Assembly (NCBI GenBank): GCA_054600435.1
Contig: BAAIJX010000084.1
Location: 1-63,779, forward strand
Origin: Neophaeotheca triangularis
Lineage: Eukaryota
Direction of reading: 5' to 3'
DNA: 63,779 bases
Every line of letters starts with the position of its first letter. Position 1 is the first letter of the stretch. Both the position numbers and the translations under genes were made by a program. The notes under the pieces are model-generated. The model saw only the letters and a list, made by a program, of their open reading frames with translations, made no database searches and had not been told where the DNA came from. Below, in pieces: positions 27,001 through 39,007 of the stretch.

Positions 27001-28269
27001 CTTTTTGTGACTGTGTGCTTGGAGGTTTGTTTTGTTTTGCGGCTTCGCTGTGGATGTGGACGGAGCTGGGTATTGTTAGTGTCTGAAGCTTGATTCCGTC
27101 GAGGCCGTGGTATAGCGTACTGAAGGTGTTGTTGTTGTCGTAGTTGTGGAAAAGGTAGTGTTGTGGGTGAGGTCACAAGTGGGAGATGGGTCGAGTGGAG
27201 GTGTTGTTGTTGTGTTGCAGTTTGCGAAGTTCCAACAAGGCTAGCGAAGCAGGTGAGGCGGTGGCAGAAATTTTGGTCACGTGCCGGCTACCTGCTGACT
27301 GCCTGCTGACTGCCTGCTGTGCCTGCTGCATTCACACCTCACCTCACCTCACCTCACCCCTTCGAGACCGTGTCATTTATATAGGTAAGGTAGGTATATA
27401 ACATCAAACTCACCAATGTCACGATTTTCCCACTGAATGATGATTGCGTCGAACTCATCGCCCCTGTCCGTTGACCGCCTGCTAGCTTCGCCGGCCCACG
27501 CACACGTCTCTTTCTCGTCACATGTTCCCCCAGAGTACAGATAAAGGCTCGATGATCATCACGATAAACTTGAGCGGTGTAGGAGCACCTTGTCACCCAC
27601 CGGCTTGTTGCCCGGGTCAGCAGCGTCTTGAGCAAGTGGACCAACAGACGACTACACGGGAGTCGGACGTCTGCAAGGTCAGACTTGATCAGACGTTATT
27701 ACGATTATTTGGGCGAGTCGAGGGTCTACGTGTGGAGCACCGGTATGGCATGCACCGGTGGGACGTGGTGAGACAGCCCGAGACCTCAAGGCTGATATCC
27801 ATGGATCAGCCAAAGACCACCGGCAGCGTGCTCCTCAACTTACCTACTACCTACTTACCGCTGTGACCGCTCTCCAAATAACGCCAAGGATTCAAACGCA
27901 GCAAAGACCGAGATACGCCCGCGGCTTCTCGTTGTGCATGCACAAACAGCAGGGCTTGAATCGCACCATCTGCCGTCTTTGCGGAGGTTGTGAGTATTCA
28001 CAATAATAATTATGAACATTGCCTCTAGCTTAGCTTTCGGCCGTCTCCACCATCCATCTCCATCAGGGTCTGGATTCTAACCGAGGAGACCGGATGTGAG
28101 ACCGTCAGACACAGTCAGAACCCCGCCCCCACCTTCGTCGAGGCACTGTAAAGTTCCATATAATAACAAAGAGCCCGGTCTGCTGAACCAAACACTCGAC
28201 GTTATTGCCTCTCTACATCAAAGACTTCTACCCCCAAACTGACGACATTTTCGATAAAGATACCCGACA

Positions 28270-29771
28270 ATGTCTCCCTCCAAATCCTCAAGCGTCAAGT
28301 GGGATTCGTTCTCCAACATCATTGACGGCCAGCAGCGCGGTGCTAAGAGCCAGCACCAGGGCATCAACCCTTCTACCGGCGAGGCGCTTTGGGACGTCCC
28401 AATCGGTACGCAGCAAGATGTTGACGAGGCAGTAAAGAGTGCCACCAAGGCCTTCAAGTCATGGAAGAACGTGTCGATGGACGAGAGGAAGAAGTACCTT
28501 CAACAGTGGAACGAGCTCCTGCAGGCCCACAACGATGAATGGACCGAATTGCTGTGCAAAGAGACTGGCAAGCCGGTAGGTTTTCATCTCGACATTGCGA
28601 GGCATGGAAAAAACAGCATCTGACAACCATGTAGAAAAACATTGCCCAGATGGAGACAAAGGGTGTTGCTGGGTGGTTCGCCCACCACTCCCAGCTCACT
28701 CTACCAGAGGAGCGCGACGAGGATGACGAGAAGGTCATGACGACTCGCTACACTCCCCTCGGTGTCGTCGGTGCCATCTGCCCTTGGAACTTCCCCATCA
28801 TCCTCTCCATGGGCAAAATCATCCCGGCCCTCTTGACCGGCAACACCATCATCGTCAAGCCTAGTCCTTTCACTCCTTACACTACCCTCAAAGCCGTCGA
28901 GCTTGCCCAAGAGATCTTTCCCCCGGGTGTCGTTCAAGCCATTGGTGGTGACGACAAGCTCGGCCCCATGTTTACCCAACACCCAGACATTGCGAAGATC
29001 TCTTTCACCGGCTCCATCGCCACGGGTAAGAAGATCATGGCCGCTTGCGCCAACACTCTGAAGCGTGTCACTCTCGAACTCGGCGGCAACGACGCCTCCA
29101 TCATCCTCCCTGACGTCGATATCAAGAAGACCGCCCCGGAAGTCGCCATGGGCGCTTTCCAGAACTCCGGCCAAGTCTGCGTCGCCACCAAGCGCATCTA
29201 CATCCACCAGGACATCTACAAGGAGTTCGTGCAGGAGATGGTGAACTTCACCAACAGCATCACCGTCGGTAGCCCTGAGGAAGGCGCCCTCCTCGGCCCC
29301 ATCCAGAACTCCATGCAATACGAGAAGGTCAAGGAGTTCTTCCAGGACACCAAGAACAACGGCTACAACTTCGCTGCGGGCGATGACACCCCGGCCAAGG
29401 GCAAGGGCTACTTCATCAAGCCAACCATCATCGACAACCCGCCCAACAACTCGCGCATCATCACCGAAGAGCCCTTTGGCCCCATCGTCCCAACCCAGCC
29501 CTGGAGCGACGAGGAGGAAGTCATTCGCCGCGCCAACGACTCCAACGCCGGCCTCGGTGCCTGCGTCTGGGGCAAGGATGTCGAGCATGCCGAGAGGATT
29601 GGCAAGCAGCTCGAGGCCGGCTCGGTCTTCATCAACTCTTTCGAGAAACCCACGCCGCAGGCTTTCTTCGGTGGTCACAAGGAGAGCGGTATCGGTGGCG
29701 AATGGGGCCGTGCTGGGCTGTTGGCTTACTGCAACGCGCACGTTATGCACACTTACAAGTCCAAGTTGTAA
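28270..29771 (+). CDS. NAD(P)-dependent aldehyde dehydrogenase, 2 exons
   Basis: PWNFP, FTGSIATG, LELGGND (catalytic Glu), NSGQVCVA (catalytic Cys), EEPFGP, FGGHKESG. Intron 28576..28634. Confidence 0.95.
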
Positions 29772-30275
29772 GGGTGTGCTGTGTAACATGGGTGGTTGCT
29801 TGGAACAGTCACGTAGCAAAATAATGAGTGATTATGATTGATCAATGGCATTTTCCACATCGTGCGGATTGTACTTTCTATCTTGGAAACCGGCGCGCAT
29901 CGCAAGGTCGCATGTGTACACGATAGAGGCTGTATGATTTGAGTGCGATGGGGATCGAACTACAAGTAGCAATTCAGCTTCACGAACACTACCATGGAGA
30001 AGGGCTTATTACTTCCTATACACGGTTCGAATTCGAGGTTGACAAATGTTTCAGGGGCAAGGAAATGGAAGTGATCCGTCAGGAGGGTAGAAGACCTTTC
30101 TCTCTTCACTATCCCGTATGACAAACTAGCGGGTACAATGTAAGCTCACAGCCTCACAAGTACCCAAGTGAAACCTCCCTATGCCACCTTACCAACGCCT
30201 CGCTGCAACAAACACCCCTCACCGTGGTATTACAAATCCGCAAAGCAGCCAAAAGACCCACCACCAAAGCGCACC

Positions 30276-32960
30276 TTACTCCTTAGCCATCTCCCGACAA
30301 AGCGCCAACCTAACTAACATAACCAACTCCTTACCAGTACCCTTGACCCCATGCACCCCCACAAAGCCCTTGCGCCAGTCCCACCCCTTGCTGCCCGGTT
30401 GCTTCCGACCCAGCTCATAAGCCTCCAGACTCTGACTGAGAAGCGCCGCATTCCGCTCAAAAATATACGCAGGCCCTTGCTCCAAGTACTCGACGGCGGG
30501 CATGAGATGGGCGAGGACGGCTTCGCGGTTGAAGACGCGGCGGCGGTCGTTGAGAAGCGGCAGTGTCTCGCCGAGGAGCGCGAGCAAGCAGTCGACGGGG
30601 ATGAGCGAGCGCACAGCTGGGTCGAAGAGCCCGCCGTGGATGCTGTCCGCGGCGCTCGAGAGCAGTATCATAAGTTTTTCGCCCATGGCGCCGAGGGTTT
30701 GGAGATTTTGCTGGTTCGCGGAGGCGGAGTCGCGCAGTTCGTAAAATTCTTTGAGCATTGCGCAGCCGGCTAGGCGGGTTGAGAGGTTCTGGGTGCCGTC
30801 TTGGAACTGGGAGAGGAGGGCGTGCTGGTTGTCGGCGGTGTTAAGGGTTCGCATGCTCTCGAGGCGGGAGAGGGAGGCGCCCAATGCGGTGCCGCTCGAC
30901 TCGGTGATGCAGCGGAATGTTAGCGTGTTGGTGATTTGGTCGAGTTTGGCCCAGGCGTTAGCGTAGGAGTAGTAGAGCATGGCGGAGCAGTAGTCCTCGC
31001 CTACGGAGGCGACTTGGTCGGCGTAGCGCTCGCAGACAGCGCGGGCGTGGTCGTGGAGATTGGCGCGGTTGCAGATGGCCATGACTTGGTTGACTTGGTC
31101 GTCGTTTTCCAGAGAGACGCTGTTGAGAACGTTGGAGATGTGTCTTTCTGCTAGAGACGGATCCGCAAGTCGAGAGAGGACTAATATCGCGAGTTGCCAG
31201 CCGCTTTCTGTAGACGAGTTCGTTTCTTGCTGTCTTGACAGGGTACTCGCTAGCGTAGCGAGCATACGGTCACGACTGAGACCTTTGGACTTCTGCGACG
31301 GCGGTGCGCCATACGACAGCACCCCGAGGTCTTGAGTAGAGAAACCGTGCTGCAGTAAGTCTTGACTTTCTGCATCCTCGTAGGGCAACCAACCGCACAG
31401 TGTTGCGACCTCGATCAGAACCGTACAGACGCCGACGCTCCAACATTGAAGCATGTAGACGACGCTCTCGATGTCATCTACCATCGCACAAGCGAGTCCG
31501 ACTTGCACAGGGTCCATAGTGTCGACACTGAACACCGCATCCTCTGGCTCATTGGTAACGCGAGCGAAAGCGGTGCGCATGCGGCGCTTATAAGCTGGCA
31601 TTGGCGCAACATCCACTTCTCTCGTGTGACGATGATTGGCGATTGCTTTCCGAGCTTGAGGTCCTGCGCTCGCTGTGTACGGCTCTGCGGTATCTCCATC
31701 CCACCACACTGTGCAGAAGATCGTTGCCTCGAGCCAGTCCTGAGAAGGTAGCACAATCTCGTCCACTTGGCCGAGGACCATTCCGTAGACCACTTTCAGA
31801 TTCTCATAGATGCTCCAGGGCACCCTTGAAGCTGCTCTGCGCATCGAGTCTGCAAAACCGGGCTCACTGCCACGGCTTGCGCCGAACACATTGCTACGCC
31901 TGCCGATCCCACTTTCCTCTCCATCAAAACCTGGGTCTTCAACGAGAGCCTCGAGGTCTTCTCTCGCCCGGCGCACGTGCTGCCGGAACATGGCCCATTC
32001 AGCTCCAACCACGTCCCAGTTCTGATTCCGAGCAGCAGGACACCTTGCAAGCACTTCCACGCACTGCGTAGCCACTTCGCGCGTTGTATCCAACTGCTGA
32101 TCCGCGTAGCCTTCTACATCCGCCCCGTCGTCGATCGCAGTGACAGCCTCCTCCCACCCCGCATTGTCCAAAAGCTCTTCAACACGTTCGAACCTTCCCC
32201 GCAGCAGAGATCCATATACGCAATCCCAAAAATTGTCATGATGTGAAGGAGTCGGATCGTTGTTGATGATGGTCTCGTAGTCGTCGCCGTACGGTACGTG
32301 GTTCTCGTTGATCCAGGTCATGAGGGAGGCCGGCAGAGACGCAGAAGCTGCGGCGAAAGGTTCGTGTAGCTGGAGCATGAAACTCGCAAGGTATCCAGCT
32401 TTTGCGACTGGCGCATCTGAAGCAGGTCCAATCGAGCCGCCTTTCGTGCTTAGCCCACCATGACGTCTCCTCTGATCGCGCATCCATTGCATGCCCTCGC
32501 GGTTCGCTCCACGGGCAGATGAAGCTCCTGTGCCCCTTGATTGCGGCCGCGCAAGCTTTGTCACTAAACGCGCAGCTGCTGTCACTACAGGGTCTTCATC
32601 TCCAGACTGCGGTCCTTCCTTTGAAACCAGATCCCGGCCAATAGCTCCCATCCCTGAACTCTGTGGCAATGCATCGGCCCCCATGATCATGTCGTCGTCT
32701 CCGTCCATGTCCATTTCACTGGCTTCTTGCGGCGGGCTGCTGGGCAAGCCGAAGCCTTTTATTGACCGGTTTTGGTTGAATGTGTTCGCGGATGGTATGG
32801 CAGAGCTACCAAAGGCAGATTTCGGTGGCTGGCCAGCCGGTGTGAACGATTTGTGCGTAAGATGCGAAGGGGGTGGGCCTGCGGGGGTGGTAGAGGGTTG
32901 GGAAAAGCGGAAGTTGTGCCCATTGGGTGTCGACGGAGGCTCTTGCGCGAAGAACGCCAT
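30276..32960 (-). CDS. NUP85: Nucleoporin Nup85
   Basis: 894-aa ORF with STTPAGPPPS/FTPAGQPP, FWDCVYGSLLRG, W..FR, SRVPWSIYENL, DWLEATIFCTVWWDG, GGLFDP, WDWRKG, RLALCREMA, all typical of Pezizomycotina Nup85. Confidence 0.85.
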   Translation of the reverse strand: MAFFAQEPPSTPNGHNFRFSQPSTTPAGPPPSHLTHKSFTPAGQPPKSAFGSSAIPSANTFNQNRSIKGFGLPSSPPQEASEMDMDGDDDMIMGADALPQSSGMGAIGRDLVSKEGPQSGDEDPVVTAAARLVTKLARPQSRGTGASSARGANREGMQWMRDQRRRHGGLSTKGGSIGPASDAPVAKAGYLASFMLQLHEPFAAASASLPASLMTWINENHVPYGDDYETIINNDPTPSHHDNFWDCVYGSLLRGRFERVEELLDNAGWEEAVTAIDDGADVEGYADQQLDTTREVATQCVEVLARCPAARNQNWDVVGAEWAMFRQHVRRAREDLEALVEDPGFDGEESGIGRRSNVFGASRGSEPGFADSMRRAASRVPWSIYENLKVVYGMVLGQVDEIVLPSQDWLEATIFCTVWWDGDTAEPYTASAGPQARKAIANHRHTREVDVAPMPAYKRRMRTAFARVTNEPEDAVFSVDTMDPVQVGLACAMVDDIESVVYMLQCWSVGVCTVLIEVATLCGWLPYEDAESQDLLQHGFSTQDLGVLSYGAPPSQKSKGLSRDRMLATLASTLSRQQETNSSTESGWQLAILVLSRLADPSLAERHISNVLNSVSLENDDQVNQVMAICNRANLHDHARAVCERYADQVASVGEDYCSAMLYYSYANAWAKLDQITNTLTFRCITESSGTALGASLSRLESMRTLNTADNQHALLSQFQDGTQNLSTRLAGCAMLKEFYELRDSASANQQNLQTLGAMGEKLMILLSSAADSIHGGLFDPAVRSLIPVDCLLALLGETLPLLNDRRRVFNREAVLAHLMPAVEYLEQGPAYIFERNAALLSQSLEAYELGRKQPGSKGWDWRKGFVGVHGVKGTGKELVMLVRLALCREMAKE

Positions 32961-33676
32961 AGCTAGGACGTGCGCTCAGGTCTACAACCGATATTATTGA
33001 GACTATGGTTAAGCAAGTCGGGCGGTGGTGCAGGCGCGCGGAATTTTGCTTGTAACAAGAAGTTGGAGATGCCAAACATTGAACCGCAAGCAGAGAAGAA
33101 GTCGAGTCGCGAGAGCTTAGGTACGGCTTGGCATTCGCGCAGTCACGTGTCGTGTCTGTCGCCGTGGTCTGTCTATGTGTCGATGAGAATGTTAATGGGA
33201 AGCTATTAGGATATTCTACTGATTACACTATATCTACATGAAAATCAGCAGTGGCTTTTCGTTGCGAAGGTTTTCAATCCCTCGTCCACTCGTCCCGTTT
33301 TAGAACCAAGCTCAAGTACCATGATATAACGCTCAACACCTTCTCCGAATCACATTGCTTGTCGCTCGATCCTTTGCAACAGAACATTGGTCTTTCGAGA
33401 GGCGCAGGGTCCTCTCATGGCTCTTCTCGACGTTCGCCCCAGGGCGCATGCCTTGCATATCAATACCCAGCGATATAGCCTCCGCGAAAATGGAAGAAGG
33501 GTGCTGGCTGTTCTGTTACATTCTTTGACGACCGAAAGAGCAAAACCTTAAAGCTCAAACGTGGGCAAAGGGTTCATCCCCACAACGCAATAATTGTCCT
33601 GGCATCAAAGCAGCATGTCCGCAATTGCAGCCAGCATTAAGGGTATCTGTTCTGCAGCTCCACCACAGCAAGCACC

Positions 33677-34615
33677 TCACTCCGGCCGCATCTTCCCCCT
33701 CCTCTTCCGCATCTCCTCGACCTTCCTCCTATCCTCCTCAAATCCCCTAACCAAACTCCTCGCCTCATCCTTCTTCTTCTCTCGCACCTGAAACCTATAG
33801 AAATCTGGCATAAGCCTCTTCTCGGCTCTTTTCCGAAACTCGGCCTCCTTCGCCTTCGCCTCCTCCTCCCGCCCAGGACCCGCGCGCCCTCCTCTCGTAA
33901 CAGTGATGAAACCGTCCTCGTCCGGCTCGCTGCGCTGCCTCGCGAGCTGCTTGCTGCGAGCAGCCTCCCGAGCAGCGAAAGCCGTCATGTAAGCGTCGAC
34001 GCTGGACTGGAGTGCAGCGTGCGAGGGGTAACGGAGAGCGTGATGGGCTTTGTAGCGCGCGAGCCCGAGCGGCGGGACTCTGCTGTCCACGCTCTCGCCG
34101 GCCCAGGGAATTTTTCGCCCGGTTTTGGCAGCTTTGCGCGCTTCACGAAGCGCCAATTCCGCGCTCGCGGTATCTATGAAAGTGACGACGGCCGTGCTGC
34201 CGCTGCGGTGAACTTCGCGATCCCAAGTCTCCGGCAGCAGGCCTACTTCTGGCGCTTCGCTCGTGGTATCATCTTCCGCTCCGCGCTTTCTCTTTTTGCC
34301 CTTTTTGGCTGGTGCGACGGGCGCGCTGATGCCTTTGCCCACTCGTGCGCTTTCGAAAGCCACATTCTCTATGCGCGCGCCGCCAAGATTTTCTGCGAAG
34401 AGCGAGCGGAAATGGTGTTCGGTGGAGTCTATGGGGACGTTTACGGCGAAGACTTCTCGGGGTGTGTCTTCTGTTGGGATTTTTGGCGCATTCGCGCGGA
34501 GGTAAAGGTAATGCGTGGAAGGTCTTGAAACGGACGGCGAGGTCGGGAGCTGTAGTGGCACCACGGTGAACTCGTTGACGGCGTTAGGAATCTTTGACTT
34601 AGATTTGGGTACCAT
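33677..34615 (-). CDS. RRP7: Ribosomal RNA-processing protein 7
   Basis: THYLYLR, FAVNVPIDSTE, LQSSVDAYM, PDEDGFITVTRGGR, DFYRFQVREKKK, FEEDRRKVEEM. ATG at 34615. Confidence 0.92.
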   Translation of the reverse strand: MVPKSKSKIPNAVNEFTVVPLQLPTSPSVSRPSTHYLYLRANAPKIPTEDTPREVFAVNVPIDSTEHHFRSLFAENLGGARIENVAFESARVGKGISAPVAPAKKGKKRKRGAEDDTTSEAPEVGLLPETWDREVHRSGSTAVVTFIDTASAELALREARKAAKTGRKIPWAGESVDSRVPPLGLARYKAHHALRYPSHAALQSSVDAYMTAFAAREAARSKQLARQRSEPDEDGFITVTRGGRAGPGREEEAKAKEAEFRKRAEKRLMPDFYRFQVREKKKDEARSLVRGFEEDRRKVEEMRKRRGKMRPE

Positions 34616-34927
34616 GGTGGGCTCTAATCTGTCATGTCTGGCGAAATGTCTACAATCAATCTTCAATCTTCACTTTTTACTTTTGAGATGAAGTCGGAGT
34701 TCAAGAGAAAGCACGCTAGTCTACTTCGGGTAACAACATCAAGGATGCTCCCAGACTAATCAAACCGCTACAGGTAACAAGGCCGTGAGTTTTGGGTCTT
34801 ATGGTTATTGAGGAATAAACAAGCGCAAATGCAAATGCTACAAAAAAGCAATCCTTCCCTTGCAGCGATCGAAAGCAAAAGCAGAACGGGTATATAGCGA
34901 ACACATAACAAAACCTCGCGCGATCTA

Positions 34928-35028
34928 TTCTCAGTTTCAAGTAGGGTGGGATTCAGCGGGGGCTTGGCGGATTTGCGCAGCAAAAAACGCGCTTTTTGCC
35001 TGAATGTGCCCATATCCATTGAATAGAC
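34928..35028 (+). repeat. Left terminal inverted repeat (101 bp)
   Basis: TTCTCAGTTTCAAGTAGGGTGGGATTCAGCGGGGGCTTGG...CCATTGAATAGAC is the reverse complement of 39008..39108. Confidence 0.95.
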
Positions 35029-35149
35029 TCTAATACTTCTTACATCCATATCATATGCTCGTCGTTGTTAGAGGTGTTGTTCCTATACCATAGGGTCAGG
35101 GTTTGTGCGCACGTAGGGTCGCTACCGACGTTCTACGACCCTCTACACT

Positions 35150-36151
35150 ATGGCGCCCTTAGATTCAGACGACCATGCAGTCATTGAGGGTATGCTCCTA
35201 GATAGTTGTTCGCCTTTAGATATTGTCAACACCTTGGTACCACTGAAAAGAGGCTCTCGCTCTACTATATACTGTGCTACCTCATACTAGAAGGACTATA
35301 GTAGTACTCGGCTAATTACTAACACTAAAAAAGGACTAAGGCCTCGAATTGAGCCTCTAATGCGTACCCTTTTGATCGATACCCTTACTCGTAAGAGCAC
35401 ATATTGGCTTGACGAGCTCCAGGCCTTGCTGCTTAACGAATTTAGAGCCTAGATTAGTGTCCCTACTATTAGTAGGTGCCTCTATGAGGTCGATTTCACG
35501 CATAAGGTCGTCACTCGAGTGGTAGAGCAACGCAACGAGGTATTAAGAGCTGAGTTTGCCTCTAAGCTGTCTACTATTGAGCCGCACCAATTAGTCTACG
35601 TAGACGAAGCGAGTGCTAGCGAGAAGGTGACTTATCGCCGCCGCGGTTGGTCACCAAAAGGGGTCGCTGCTGTCGACAAGAGACACCTCCATTCCAGTCC
35701 TAGATTCAGTGTCTTGCCGGCCTATACTATAGAAGGTTACCTAGATGAACCCCTTATTATCGAGGGCTCAATCGACGGTACCCTATTCGAGACATGGTTG
35801 CTTAAGACTGTCTTACCGCAAACAACTCCTTACCCTAGCCCACGGTCCGTTATAATACTCGACAATTGCTCCACTCATAACCGCACAACGGTGCGGGAGT
35901 ACTGTTAACTACATGGAGTTAAGGCCATGTTCTTACCGCTATATTCACCAGACTACAACCTAATTGAACTAAGCTTCTACCTCCTAAAGCAGTGGCTCCG
36001 TCGGCATGCTGATCAACTACCTATCTATAGCGACCCTGAGTACAAGGAGAAGTTCAGAAGCATGCTCTTTATAGCATGTGCGGCCTAGGGGTATGGTGTT
36101 GATCATGAGAACCTCTTTCGGAGGTGTGGTGTGAATTTTGATAACCACTAG
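35150..36151 (+). pseudogene. IS630/Tc1-like DD34E transposase (DDE_3 type), inactivated
   Basis: One 333-codon frame with 4 internal TAG/TAA. HTH-like YWLDELQ...ISVPTISRCL; catalytic VYVDEA, IILDNCSTH and YSPDYNLIE, with 34 residues between the second D and E. Confidence 0.92.
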
Positions 36152-36795
36152 TATTGTTTGGCCTATAACACGGTCAATTTTGGACCAAACTGGTTCATTT
36201 TTGGTTCATAAGAAAGCAGTTGACTCTATGAATCGATTGGGAGCCGTTTTAAACGAAAGCAAAAATACTAGGGGTGTCAAGGAGTCGTTGAAGTTGAGGG
36301 TAAATGGCTATATTAGTAGATAAGCCCATAATCTACCTTTCTAGTTAGCTAACTTTAAACTGCTGCATCACCACTAATATACATTCGTTTTGCTTCATTG
36401 TAACACTAAATGATACCTAATGCATTGCTCTATCGATCCTATATACCACATTTAGAATGTATAGTGAATTGTAGGTGTAATGGGGTTGTCAGTCTTGAAG
36501 GTATGAAGACGGATGTTTTAAAGCAGAGCTCCGATAGGCTCGGCTGCTCCCGATCCAATCAGACCAGCTGAGTTTTGACTTCATGTGATGGCTAGTTTAG
36601 GGTACTACCCGAAGTAGTATATTGCGATTGGCCACTACTACATCAATACTTAACGAAATCAAACGAAAATAAGTCGAGTGAGATCGTACGGAGGTATAGA
36701 ACAATTGTTGTCATATAAAAGAAACACCATACCTATCCAATAACCAACGCCAGCCCTAAACGCTACACCAAATGGGATGTTAATATGATCCACTA

Positions 36796-38976
36796 TCATA
36801 GCTCGTTTTCTTCGTTGTCTGACAGTAGATCATCGATGCCGTTAGCCTCTATATACCTCTTGAACTCACCACGGTGTTTAGTGAACAAGCGCCTTATGCC
36901 AATCGCAGGAATGACCTCCTTAAGTGCCTCTTGTTCAGTAGTAAGTATACTTAAGGTCCACTAACCGGCCACTAGACCAACCTCTACTACGTCAATAGGC
37001 TCTATATATGCAGGTATCTTGCGGCGGAGCCATTCGCAGAAGGCCCTCAATGTAGCGTTAGGTCTATAGCCTTCTGAATTGATTGGCGAGCTACCTTTAG
37101 GAGGTGACGAGCGGTTATGTCTATAACCGCCGCCTCCAGTATGCGGTGGTGGGTACCTATGCTGCGGAGGGTAATAATAGGGTGGCGGGGCCTGTGGTAG
37201 CGGTTGTGCGTATATTATTTGAGGCGTTGGAGTAGGTGTCGGAGCCGGTGATTTAGTAAGCCTCTTACTCCCCCTAGCCTTTAATTGATCAGTCTCTTTG
37301 GCTGCTCTCTATGTAATCATAAGGGCAATAAGCGACTCCGGCATGGCTTCAACGGTAGCCTAGCTTGTGTCGTATAGGTAGCGCCATTTATTGACAATAT
37401 TGCTCGTGATCTCGTAGTGTTCGTTGCTGAACTCATAACAGCCAATTACCCCTATGCCTACACGGTTCCTACACCTCTTGTCGTTACACCTATACCTCTG
37501 AACTACCTCCGTCTAAAAGCCGGCCTTCTTAACGTTCTCCCGCGAAAGAGCCTGCGTTGATGTCTCCCTACCTCTCCTAGGGGGAGCTAGCTCTAATGGC
37601 GTCGATACCGGTAGTGGCGGTAGTGTTAGCATAGGAGCGGCTTCAGATATTAGCGCATAGTCAGACGATGTGTTAGGCACAACACCGTCCTCGTAGTTTG
37701 AGAAGGCCTATGCGACCTCTACCGTGACTACGTACTTGGGGTCTTACTCCTTGAAGTGGTTAGCCAAGTGGTATATATTCCTAGACTAGTAGAAGCCGTT
37801 CTTGAAAGTCACCTGCTTACGGACCCCCTTATTACGCGTTGAAGACACCAGCATAACAGCATCACGGCTAACCTCCTAATAGGCTATACCGACCTTCTTT
37901 GCATACTCCTCGGCTACTGTTAGAGCGTCTATGACCATTACGCTGGCCTCTAGTGCACTGTCATCGAATAGGCGTGTCTGAGAATATACTACCCTGGTAT
38001 TGAAGGTTGCAACCTAGGTAATAGGGTATTTTGTAGGCTCTATAGGGGGCGGTGTCTTCTTCGGCGGCAGTGTCTTTTTAGACCGCTTGGACGGTCTTGG
38101 AGTCTCATCGTCAATATCATAAGGGGTTTCCTGGCTGTCTCCTACCGGATCTCCGGCAACACTCGAATCAGTGTTAATTGACACCGGATCTAGACGAGGA
38201 AGCTCCTTAGACTTGCCCTTCCTTGGAGTGTGTGACTTGGTAGGTATAGGTGGCTTTAAAGGTCGGTCCGAGGCTAGTTTACTAGACTTTAAGGAAGAGC
38301 GTTTTGTGAGCTTAATGGTTGGACGAGGCCGCTCTGTCTTGTTAGACTAAGAAGCCTTTCTCGCTTTACCCTCTTTAACAGCCTGTTCCTTCGCACGAGC
38401 TATAGTAAGGACCTTGTCCCCTACTATTTCATGTAGGTGCTCGGTATTCTCAGTAGCAAAACGGACCCTTAGTGTGTCGGCCGTAGGTTGACTGGGAAAA
38501 ACTCCTTCGGCTTTAGGGGGCATAGTAGTCCTTGACCTTGTTATGCGTACTAGCGGCTCCGTTAGCTTAGGAGTAGCAATAGCAAGCTCCTGGGGACCCT
38601 CTTAAGTCTACTCTTACTCCTGAGGTTAGTTGTGTATCTACTCTTGTTCTGCATGCCGCTCCATATCCCTTTAAAGGGCCAATTCAGCTAGATCTTAGTC
38701 CATGAATCGTTCGTATTACGTCTCTGTTTCGAACGTTAGTAGCTCGTATGAGGCTACTGAAACTGACGAAGAACACTAAGGCCTAGGAGGAGCTGAATCT
38801 GCGTTGATATCGAAGTCTATGGACTATGACCAAGGGGGTAATGGCAACTCGGAGTCGCTGATATGGTCCGTCCTAGGTAGAGATGACGGTATAGACGGTG
38901 AATCGATGCTCTGCGTGCTCGTACTGGCCGGAGCACCTGCACATAGGTACCTAATGTTGTAGTCTGCGTCTGACAT
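36796..38976 (-). pseudogene. Second transposon gene (ORF2, 726 codons, function unknown), inactivated by point mutations
   Basis: ATG 38976 to TGA 36796 in one frame (2181 nt) with no frameshift and about 20 internal stops, all TAA/TAG. Protein-like translation throughout. Confidence 0.82.
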
Positions 38977-39007
38977 CTAATATGAACATGATATTGATGA
39001 TATATGG

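Noticed and set aside
28701..29819. 372-aa antisense ORF over the aldehyde dehydrogenase
   Set aside because: Shadow of strong C-ending codon bias. The same applies to antisense ORFs over NGG1 (13139..14050), catalase (45601..46422), UAP1 and PXA1.
29940..30040. tRNA B-box-like GGTTCGAATTC (+) and GTTCGATCC (-)
   Set aside because: No T-stem pairing, acceptor stem or A box; no cloverleaf can be built.
36796..38976. ORF2 as a Fanzor/TnpB RNA-guided nuclease carried by an IS630/Tc1 element
   Set aside because: No RuvC-like motifs or CxxC...CxxC zinc ribbon in the manual translation; the protein is mostly low-complexity with a different Cys/His pattern. A profile search would settle it.
35150..38976. 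Alternative genetic code (TAA/TAG = Gln) explaining the in-frame stops
   Set aside because: Host genes here end in TAA/TAG, some stops fall at likely Trp positions, and missense transitions and TpA excess accompany them. RIP explains all of this.
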